A DNA stretch of 45,524 nucleotides from Nemertoderma westbladi (lineage: Eukaryota > Animalia > Xenacoelomorpha), in NCBI GenBank assembly GCA_032718475.1, contig JAUCBJ010000028.1:1-45524 (forward strand), read 5' to 3'. Shown piece after piece: positions 11,347 to 20,847 of the stretch. A program made the translations under genes and the position numbers. How positions within the stretch are numbered: position 1 is the stretch's first letter; each line of letters begins with the position of its first letter. The notes below the pieces were generated by a model, which had not been told where the DNA came from, did not search any database, and saw nothing but the letters and a program-made list of their open reading frames with translations.

Positions 11347-12167
11347 CCACTTCTGAACAAACCCATAATATTACACCTTTAATTACAGTTGCAACAGCTC
11401 ATCTCCAATTTATTTAATAAATCATTAATCCACCTTGACTATTGTCGACTGAAGCAAACTAAGTCACAGTCTGTGTCCGTTCGGTTTTGCTGAACACTAT
11501 CGCCATTTTCTTTGGTCATTTTAGTGTCTTCTGTTGGACGTTTCGCCATAAAGGGATTACAGTATACGTTAAACAATTATTGACATACTGTCACATACTG
11601 TTATACGTCACTGCAAACTGGATAATAAAGCAGCACTCATCAAAATAAATGGAAATAATACATTCTGGAATACGGAAAATGAAGTTGTTTCCATGTCACT
11701 GATTACTTTGATTACCGTCCTATAGGCCGCAAAGCTGCAAAGTAATACTTTGCAGCGTTGCGAGTAATTCACCAGAACGCTATTAAGTTGACATAATGTA
11801 ACAAAATCTCTTGTATGTATATCCTCGAACTCTTCAAGAGGTTTGTGTTCTCCAAACAAATCTACCAAGCATGGCTGTCTATGAGGAGTAGATTGTTCAC
11901 AATTCCCGGACATTATTAATATTATTTAAATATCCCGCTTCTGTTCCAACTAATAAATTAAACACCGCAGTTTGTTCTGAGAGGATCTCATGTTAAAAAC
12001 TCAATGCTGATTCAGTCCTGGTAACTTAAGATTAATCTAAATACATCAAAACACTTTCATATATACAGCAATAAACAGTAAAGAAACTCATAAGTAAAAT
12101 AACAAGAAATGAAAAGCTGGCAGTAAATGAAAGTGGATAAACTTTAAACAAAAACACCTGATCCAGG

Positions 12168-13118
12168 TGTCATATATTTCATATAATGTGTACTGAACTT
12201 AAAACAATATCAATGCAATATGGTGCTAATAATAAAGTCGTGTATAAACTGTAGAGGCAATTATATTTACGGCTTGGGCAAAGCACTGGCAATAGACCTA
12301 TATATTGTGTTTGTTATTAGTACATTATTTGTTCACGATCATTCAGGTGAAGGGAATTGTATTATGTTTGTATACTATATATACTATATTATATACTATA
12401 TACTATATTATGCTATCACCCTCGAATACGTAAGGGAAAGGCATGGACAGCCTTGAATAGGCTTTCCAGGATTTGGAAATCACCGAGAATTAATCGGAAA
12501 CTTAAGGTCCGATTATTTAGAGCAGCAGTAGTTCCAGTACTCCTCTACGGGAGTCCATGCTGGGCTCTAACTGCTGAGGACACCAAATCTCTGGATGGCA
12601 CATTCACAAGAATGCTACGCCGGGTTCATTGTGTCAAGTACAATGCACACATCTCCAACCAGACACTATATAACATTGGAGGTGTCTCATTGGTTCCCCC
12701 AAGCTTGACACTAGAACAAAATCGCCTCCGCTTTGCAGGACATTGCTTTCGCCGTGAGGACCAGCCAGTGCATAATCTTGTACTTTGGCAGCCTCATGGA
12801 GTGAATAAGCATGGTGGACAGCCCATGACTTTCTTGAGACGCATCTTAAAGGACACTGGCCTTAAAGATGCGGATGATCTAGCAAATGTCATGGGTGATA
12901 GGGAGTTGTGGCGGTGCAATTTTGTTGACAAGCCGGCACAGCATTCTTAAAAATGCAGCTGCAATGCAGCATGCCGATCCTAGTAGTAGTAGTAGTAGTA
13001 TGCAATCATAAAGTGACTTTTAATTTTTGTTTAACAAGTTTTGTTATTAATAAGGTTTGCAAGTAGAAGGAATAGTTTGTTTTCACACTCAATTTGTGGA
13101 AATTATATTTTCACAACA
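12168..13118 (+). repeat. 5' LTR (interrupted by an RTE fragment at 12419-12998)
   Basis: TGTCATATATTTC...TTTTCACAACA; matches 17050-17301 plus 19479-19555. Confidence 0.93.
12419..12998 (+). mobile_element. 5'-truncated RTE-clade LINE (3' end) inserted in the 5' LTR
   Basis: ORF ending at 12950 with RTE C-terminal motifs (KAW..L.RIWKS, LLYG..CW.LT, RLRFAGHC.R, DRELWR). Short 3' UTR and a (TAG)6 tail at 12981-12998. Flanked by TATGCTATCA (12409-12418) / TATGCAATCA (12999-13008), a probable TSD with one mismatch. Confidence 0.9.
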
Positions 13119-13120
13119 TT

Positions 13121-13130
13121 TGGCGCCCGA
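13121..13130 (+). promoter_or_regulatory. Primer-binding site TGGCGCCCGA (tRNA-Lys-like)
   Basis: Lies 2 nt after the 5' LTR end and matches the start of the known tRNA-Lys PBS TGGCGCCCGAACAGGGAC. Confidence 0.8.
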
Positions 13131-13296
13131 TAAAATATACATAAGAAAATACATTATGTATAATTACTTGTGTAATAATCATTTGTAAGTCAAAAAACTC
13201 AAACATGTTTGCGATACTGTATAACTGCAAAGGGAAGGTCAACAGGCTACCTCATTAATTAATCAAAAGGGTAAAATTCATCACACAAAGACGAGG

Positions 13297-15564
13297 ATGC
13301 CTGATCCAAAACCAAGTGGACCAACACCGGGAACCAATGGCGAGAAATTAACAAAACTCGCTAAGACACAAAGCGCATATCGACGACAAGCAACAAACGC
13401 AATCAAAGACGTTGGAGATATCAACACACTCACAAAGGTGACGAAAACGGCGAACTCAACAATCATAGAAGATACAATGAAAAAACTCGACACAATCAGC
13501 GAAGAGATTTGGGGGTATCTCGATGACGACGCTATGGATAAAGATGCCACAGATTCAATGGAATACAAGGTGAGACTCATCAACACGTTAAAACTGAACT
13601 GAAATTATCGATTGACTCAGATAACTACAGTAGTAATACATCTATTCTTAGTAGTACACAGCCTGTTGCCCAAGCACCTTTTCATTCTAATGCCTCAATT
13701 TTTTCAAATATAGATTACGCTAGTAGTTCCACAGCTAGGTCTGTTTTACCAAAGCTTAAGCTTCCTGAATTTGATGGCAATCCATTAAATTACCGCGGTT
13801 GGAGGGACTCGTTTCAATCCGCTGTACATGAGTCAGGTCTTCCTGATGTGCTGAAATTGGAGCACCTCATACAAAGTTTGTCTTCGACTGCAATGACTGT
13901 AATTGCCGGTTTACCAGTAAGCAGTGACAACTATAAAGTAGCAATGGACCTTTTACACAATGAATACGGCTCAGAAAACAAAATTATACAAGCTCATATA
14001 GAGCAATTACGAAATATTAAAAAGTCAATAGTTGATAGAAAATTAAAAACCATCTATAATACTTGCCAGAATCATATTCCTGCGTTAGCTGCACTAAATG
14101 TTCAGCCAGAATCATACCAATTAACAATCATACCAGACATTCTTGGGATTCTGGATTGGGAGTATGGCAGAAAATTGCTAGCAATGAAGAAAAATAATAT
14201 TTCGGATTTGACATGGTTAATGGATCAAATTGGGCAACGCTTAGAATCAGAGGACTAAGCACTCCGGTTTCGGAGTACATTAAATGTGTTTTCTGTAATC
14301 AATCGCATTATTCATCGGCATGCCACGTGATTCCAGAAGTAGATCAAAGGAGACAAATTCTAGAAAAAAAGGAATTGTGTTTCAACTGTCTGGGTAACAG
14401 ACACCTAGCTCGTAATTGTATACGTAACAAGCCTTGTTACAAATGTAAACGGACTGGTCACAATACAGCAATATGCTATCGGCTTCAGAATCAAGGGCGT
14501 TCATCATACCATAAACCCAATATAACCAGGTCCAACACATTGATTAGTAGCAACCAATATACGCCTAATAGCATGGTAGTCACGCAAGCACAAAGTGAAT
14601 ACTCAAATGAAATAACCAAAACATTAACAGTCAATATTCAGGCTTTAACTTCTAGTATAATATCATCAAACGGATGACTACAAACAGCAGTGATTAAATG
14701 TAACACTGCAAATGCGAACAATAAAACATTAAATACATCGTTTAATGATGGTAGCATGCGAACGTTTGTAACCAATAATTATGTCACAACCTACAACATA
14801 CCTATTAAAAACACTTAGCAATAAATGGTTTTGGTTACAAAATATCAGATAAGACATTCCATAACGTAGCCGAAATTGAGTTAATAACCAGCAACGGTAA
14901 TGTAGTTGTAATACATGCATTAGTAGTTGACAAGATTTGTAGTCCAATTTTCAGAAACTTCGAAATCAATAAAGGGGTAGAAACTAAATTAAATGGACTC
15001 GATTTACACAACAATAACAACTATAGGGAAATCGCAACCATTTACAGTGGAGTTACTTATAGGAGCAGATTATTACTGAGACATAGTTACAGGTAAGGCA
15101 ACGCGAATTTCGGGTTCTGGAATAGTAGCATTAGAATCTGTTGTTGGTTGGCTATTATCTGGGAAAGTACATAAAGTAAATGGTAATTATCATAATGTAT
15201 GCATGTTATCATTATCACAATCAGGCGATGAAACAATTGACAATGATACGCACAAGCTTAAAACAGTACTAAAAAGATTCTGGGCAATGCAAGATGTAAA
15301 CACGCCAAAACGAATACACCGAATCGCCTCAAACGAATAAGGTTCTCAAGTAAAATTGTAATGGATAACGGCTTATACACTGTACCCTTGCCATGGACTA
15401 CAAATCCGACATTGATAAAGTATCACTATAAACTGTGCGAAAATCAGTTATTTTCATTAATAAAAAGACTCCGAAAGAGTGGTGGTTTACTGGAAAGATA
15501 CGATAAAGTAATAAAGGAGCATCTTACAAAAAATTACATAGAACCAGTAAATCACTTGAAATAA
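13297..15564 (+). pseudogene. gag: Bel/Pao gag (DUF1759-like, three CCHC-type knuckles), protease and pre-RT region; disrupted
   Basis: LPKLKLPEFDGNP...W..F (~13746-13815); KLEHLIQSL...NY..A..LL...YG; CVFC...H....C, CFNCLG..H....C and CYKC....H....C (14213-14677); LLIGADYY (~15054-15077); Y.V.LPW (15361-15400). Stops and frameshifts throughout. Confidence 0.85.
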
Positions 15565-16668
15565 CCGGGGTCGATTTGTGTGTCCCATTGTCAATAATAG
15601 AAATCAATGATACAATCGCGAAGGATTACATTTGCTTGTTTAGATGTGCAGTAATTATGGCAATCACCTATAAATAGTTAGGGATCTGAGCCATAAATCA
15701 TTCATTGCTGCATTTCATCGGTTTATCTCGCGCAGAGGAATATCCAGTCATATGTTTTCTGACAATGCCTCTAATTTTCATAAATCCTCAAATGAAATTT
15801 TATTACAAAACAAATTGTTTAATTGTCCAGCGGTAATAGACGAATTCGGCAAACAAGAAATACATTGGAAATTTAACGTGCCTCTTAATCCCTCAGCATA
15901 CGGTTTCATCGAACGTATGGTCGGTGTAACTAAGGGATGCATGAAGAAAGTTCTAGATGGATCAGTCTTAACACTAGACCAATTACCTACAGTAATCGTC
16001 CAAATAGAAGCTATTGTGAACAGCAGACCTCTTATATTCACATACGACAAAAGGGAAGATTATTGTCATCCTTTAACCCCATCCCACTTCCTTGTACGTC
16101 ATAGGCTATGTTCGTTTCCAGGCAAGTCTTTACAAAGGTACAGCAATGTGACGCACATTACTCTTAATAAAGCAAAACAAACCAAAGAAATCTTAGTTAA
16201 CACATGTTGGAATGTGTGGAGAGAGGACTACATATCTGAGTTGCGCGAATTCCATAGCAAAGGCAATCTTAACCCACGCACGCCCGTCATTCCACAAGTA
16301 GGTGACGTGACATATGCATTTTAGAAGATCGTAAAATTCCGAGATGCTTGTGGAAATTCTGTAGAGTAAATGAATTGATAATTAGCAAAGACGGACAAAT
16401 ACGGGCTGCTCACATATACATAGTTAAGAGAAAGAAAGCTGCTCGTACTCTCAATCGTTCAATAAAGCAACTCATACCATTTGAAATAAATCAGCACGAT
16501 CATAACATTATCAAGGAGGGAGACATTACTAGAGTAAAGTCAGTCCAAAATAGAGATATCAAACCGAAAAGCGAATGTGAAGTGCTGGAACATTCAGTAC
16601 CCATTCAGCAAACTGCAATGAATCCCGCCAGAACACGAGAATTCATACCTCGTATTGCCAAGAAGTAA
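15565..16668 (+). pseudogene. Bel/Pao integrase core and C-terminal region; disrupted
   Basis: TGVD at 15564-15575; FHRFISRRG; SDNASNF; GFIERMVG..K; IEAIVNSRPL; PLTPSHFL; W..W..DYI..L; DGQIRAA...RSIKQLIPFE. Confidence 0.88.
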
Positions 16669-17032
16669 GGGTCAGATACACCATCAAAAAAAAACCTGCC
16701 ATGGAAGTTGGATGGAGTTTGAAGTCATTTTAACTGTATCGTAGTATATAATTTTAGTATCATGGTGAATATTTTATGTATTATATTTGCGTAGTCAGTA
16801 ACAGAACCTACGAAAGAACCTTTTTGAAAATAAATATAACTTATGTAAATTATTTCTTGCAAATATAATTATTATATATATTATTAATTAGTAATTAATT
16901 AAGAATGAGATGGGAATGTGTAAGGAATATATAATATTCATTTAGTATTTTAAAAAGGTAGAAATCAATAAGATACATATTTCGTGCAAACGTTAACGAT
17001 TTATTACTAAACGTGTATTATAACGTATTTTT

Positions 17033-17049
17033 AAAAAAAAAAGGGGGAG
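17033..17049 (+). promoter_or_regulatory. Polypurine tract
   Basis: AAAAAAAAAAGGGGGAG lies immediately before the TGT of the 3' LTR. Confidence 0.85.
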
Positions 17050-17301
17050 TGTCATATATTTCATCTAATGTGAACATTACTTAAAACAATATCAATGCAA
17101 TATGGTGTTAATAATAAAGTCGTGTATAAACTGTAGAGGCAATTATATTTACGGCTTGGGCAAAGGACTGGCAATAGACCTGTATATTGTGTTTGTTATT
17201 AGTACATTATTTGTTCACAATCATTCAGGTGAAGGGAATTGTATTATGTTGTATACTATCTATCATAAAGTGACTTTTAGTTTTTGTTATTAACAAGTTT
17301 T

Positions 17302-19478
17302 ATATATTTTAACAATAAGCCTAGCGTTATTTAGGCACCAAATAAAATTAACAAGGATAATACTATTCATTAAGCGATATGGCACTAAAATTCAATTTAT
17401 AAGTAGTTATAAATTAATTAATTTAAAAAACAAACCGAAGTAAAATCGAGTTTATTATATGAGCTATGGAATAAATTTAAAAATATATCTACTTTCGTTG
17501 CCGTGATGATTTGTTCGCCCAATAAGATAGCGGGTGATGGTTTCTAGAACACGCTGTAAGGTTATACTTGTCCGCCATTGCGCCACAGAGCGAGCAAATA
17601 CAGTCACTGGTAGGATCATGGAAATCAGTAGTGCTACAAATATGGTGATGGAAGCCGTGTATGGACATACGCGTTATTATATGTCTATTCTTAAAATTTG
17701 AGTTCTTCCACTTTTGATTTGTGAAGGCCGGAGAGTTCCAAAAACTAGCGGGAATTTCTTCTTGCTTTGATTTCACAGCCTGAAAATATTTACAAAATTC
17801 TTCAGTTTTCGGTGCATTTAAAACCGCCTGTAGATCAGCACACAAATAATTTTCCTTGCATATCGCCAGCACTAATCGATTTTGAGACGTTTTGTGTAAT
17901 GAAAGTACGCGTTTTAGAAAATTTGTCTTTATTCTATCAATGTCGTGGAAATTTGATGCCTTTAAGAACTGCCAGATTTCTCCGAGACCGTATAATACTA
18001 TAGGACGAACCTTTATGTTGAATAACTTTATCGCTGTACCGAGTGACAGTATAGTTGGATTTTTAATACCATGTATTGATTTAAGCGCCTTACATTGGAT
18101 GTTTATAACGTGCAAACTGAAAGAAAGTGTTGGCTGTAACACAATACCGAGATACGTGTAGTTGTTGACAATTTCTACAGGTTTGCCATTGTAGTAGAAT
18201 TTGTCGGCGTTACAAAGTCTACCGCCCCGCCTAAACTTGATAATTTGGGATTTCTTTAAGTTTGCAGTCAGTCCATTCAATGACGCCCAGGTATAAGTTG
18301 CGTCTATAGCAGACTGTAGAGCAACTCTGGAATCCGAGAAGAATACCAAGTCGTCGGCAAACAGGAAAGCAATTACAGATTCAGCTGATCGTTTAATAAA
18401 CTTTATAAGGTCCCAGATATATAATATAAACAAAAACGGACTCAAACTATCGCCCTGTAGAAATCCTTGAGTCTGTTTTACAGACTTTGACTTTCGCAGA
18501 CCATCATAAATGTGTATGTAGTTTGGGCTGAGGATTGCTTTAATTAAGTTTAACAATTTACCATTAACTTTAAATACGTGTTCTAACTTAAGCAGGATCC
18601 TTGACCGCGGAACTGAGTCGAAGGCCTTTTGGAAATCAATGAAACACGCATATAAAGGTTTTTTCGGCGTGGAAAGGTTAGCTTTGATCCGTAAGAGTAG
18701 AAGGCGTAAAGGTTCCATTGTTGATCTGCCAGATATAAACCCGAATTGCCAGGTCGGTATCTTACATTCTAGAAATTCCCGTAGGCGTCTCTCTACTAAA
18801 CCTGTGAGGAGTTTATATGGATTGCACAGCAGCGAAATTCCCCTGTAGTTATTGGGATCATCGCGTAGCCCTTTAAGCTTATACAGAACTTTAGTTAAAC
18901 TAAATTTCCAAGAAGTAACAAGGGACCCTGTTGTTAAACATATGTTAAATAGCAACGTCCAGAAATATATTGTTAGCGATATTGATCCTTTCAAAACCTC
19001 ATACGTTAATTTATCCGGTCCACCCGATTTACCATTTTTCTTCCGCCATAATTCCCTTTCAATCTCCTCGGCAGTGAAAGGTCTATTACATGCGTCGTCC
19101 GCATCATCGACGGACGAGTCCAGCTGGTCCGTAGTCTGTTCGTCACCGGTATCTATAGGGTCCGCATCTGGGCTGTTTAATATCTTTGTGAAATGGGTTT
19201 CCCACGTCTCTAAGGGAATTGAACAGCAGGACTGTGCTGGTCGCTCTTTACACCACCGATAAGGCTGGGATTCAGCTTCCTCTAGTAATCGCAGTTCCAT
19301 TCGCTCATCGAAATCGCGGCGTTTTCTCGATAACAGAGATTTATATTCCAATTTTATATTGCAACATTCCTCTCTAAGGTTTATATTGGATTTGGCCGAT
19401 AAATGGGCAGCGAGGACTTGTTTCCGTTTCTGAAAACATTCTCCGTCGAACCATGGTTTTGAATGTCGGTTTCTGGGG
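17302..19478 (-). mobile_element. 5'-truncated non-LTR retrotransposon (RTE/RTEX-like) inserted in the 3' LTR
   Basis: Perfect 17-bp TSD TGTTATTAACAAGTTTT (17285-17301 and 19479-19495). Contains an uninterrupted RT ORF and an AT-rich 3' UTR. The clade assignment is inferred from motif style. Confidence 0.92.
17489..19478 (-). CDS. LINE ORF2 fragment: reverse transcriptase with Cys/His-rich C-terminus (endonuclease lost by 5' truncation)
   Basis: 620-aa ORF (17489-19351) whose frame continues upstream through KPWFDGEC. Motifs: KSGGPD, NYRGISLL, QFGF, FIDFQKAFDSV, QGDSLSPFLF, FADD, YTYLG, LYG.EIW, CSLCG. Confidence 0.93.
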
Positions 19479-20215
19479 TGTTATTAACAAGTTTTGCAAG
19501 TAGAAGGAATAGTTTGTTTTCGCACTCAATTTGTGGAAATTATATTTTCACAACACCAGGATCGATCCCATTACTTTCACATCTTAAGTCTGGCACGCAA
19601 CGGAGTGAGATATACTAGTAGTGTAACAGACTGATTGGAGGGGGGACTGAAAAAAAAGAGAAAACGACCGTGAAACTTGTATAAGATAAGGTGCTGATGA
19701 AAAAAAGGGGAAAACTGAAGAAAAGAAGGACATAATATGTGAAAAAGGATAAATATGGCTGAACAAATATATTTCATAAGCTGGTGAAATTGTTATTGTT
19801 TTTAAATCATATAAAACTTGATAAGCCAGCAAGCTGGCTATAAGAAGACCGTCCATAGTGTAGTTTGGGTCCCTCACTATTGAACAGCTTTGCGAGATTC
19901 TGAGAGATGGTAATACTGTACAACACCTACAAGTCATTATTAGTAACCTATAAATCATAAAAAGTTTGAACAGCCCAGTAGCTTAAAGTTCAATCAGCTG
20001 GTCTCGTACCTAACCTAGCAGTGAGTAACCTTATAGATATTACCATAGGATTCACTGGGAAGAGCTATTCACAGCTGGCGGGGTAATACGTTACTAACTA
20101 ACAGTTTTTATATTATTGCTCACTGTCTAGGATAGAGCGAGGTAGTAATAAACTTGGCAAGTAATGTACATCTCTGCAGTTGGGGCCTATCCATTCAATC
20201 AATAGTAGTAACTTA

Positions 20216-20486
20216 CTAGGCCCTCATGAGAACCAGCGGCTGGTGTTTCTATCATTGAGTCTATGGCCATTGGGACATACTGTAGTGTCTTGGGGCTATT
20301 TCTCGAAATAAATAAAGCCACTTTGATAATTTTTATCGACACTATTTTTTCCACATCCTGGGGTTGAGCTGCGTCGATTGATATAACTTCCATTGTCGGA
20401 CGAGCTATAGCTTCGGAGGAGTTAACCTGATATACATACATAGATACATATATAGGGTACATAGATAGTGAATACTTTTACAGTAA
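20216..20486 (-). mobile_element. Possible short Helitron/Helentron-like non-autonomous fragment
   Basis: On the minus strand a (GTAT)-type microsatellite (~20430-20455) is followed by the palindrome ACCAGC-N-GCTGGT (20232-20244) and then CTAGT (20216-20220). Only one copy is present in the window, so support is weak. Confidence 0.3.
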
Positions 20487-20847
20487 GATGTCCTAACAGT
20501 CTTCTAATTAATAAATAAAATACTTTACTTAGAATATATATCTCAAGAATTTTCGGTTTTCATAAATATAATGTGCTAGAACCAGGTTTTTCCACGTTTT
20601 TCTAAATATTCTAGAAAAAAAACCGCAATATAATAATATTTATCTGTGAGATATAATCTATATTATTTTATCCAGAAAATTATATAGTGATTCGGCGTGA
20701 AAAAAGAAAAATAAGTTTACCGAAACCCACTGACCCCATAGAGTTCAAACCACCATTAACGATCGACTTACAAAGTACTGACAATCAAGGTAAGAAGACG
20801 AAGAAGGACAAATTACTTGTAGACCCGGACGGATCAACAGTCAACAA

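Larger units (their letters stand above)
10528..11416 (+). mobile_element. Retrozyme / Penelope-type hammerhead repeat: ~2.1 tandem units of ~344 bp preceded by an inverted partial copy
   Basis: CCTTTAATTACAGTTGCAACAGCTC starts at ~10689, ~11032 and ~11376. 10528-10658 is the reverse complement of ~11182-11312. Each full unit and the inverted copy contains a hammerhead motif. Confidence 0.88.
10202..11807. mobile_element. Unclassified non-autonomous element with 33-bp inverted repeats and an outer long hairpin; it hosts the hammerhead repeat
   Basis: 10347-10379 ATTTTGATACATTATGTCAACTTAACAGCGTTC is the reverse complement of 11775-11807 with 2 mismatches. Imperfect ~43-bp inverted arms at 10202-10244 and 10300-10342 surround CGAGCGAGCGCAGCGAG. 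TGCAAAGT...ACTTTGCAGCGTT recurs at ~11736-11759. Confidence 0.6.
12168..19555 (+). mobile_element. Bel/Pao LTR retrotransposon, degenerate and internally deleted, with a nested LINE in each LTR
   Basis: TGT...ACA LTRs at 12168-13118 and 17050-19555; 5-bp target duplication CCAGG (12163-12167 and 19556-19560); PBS at 13121; polypurine tract before 17050; Bel/Pao-type gag and integrase remnants. Confidence 0.95.
17050..19555 (+). repeat. 3' LTR (interrupted by a LINE at 17302-19478)
   Basis: The two halves, 17050-17301 and 19479-19555, match the 5' LTR. It is followed by CCAGG. Confidence 0.93.

Noticed and set aside
12220-12456. ORFs MVLIIKSCINC... (also 17102-17293)
   Set aside because: These are chance ORFs inside the two LTR copies.
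20789-20822. Tiny GT-AG intron that might connect the upstream ORF to the SR-rich satellite frame
   Set aside because: It is only ~33 nt, and removing it keeps the same frame, which still stops at 20869.
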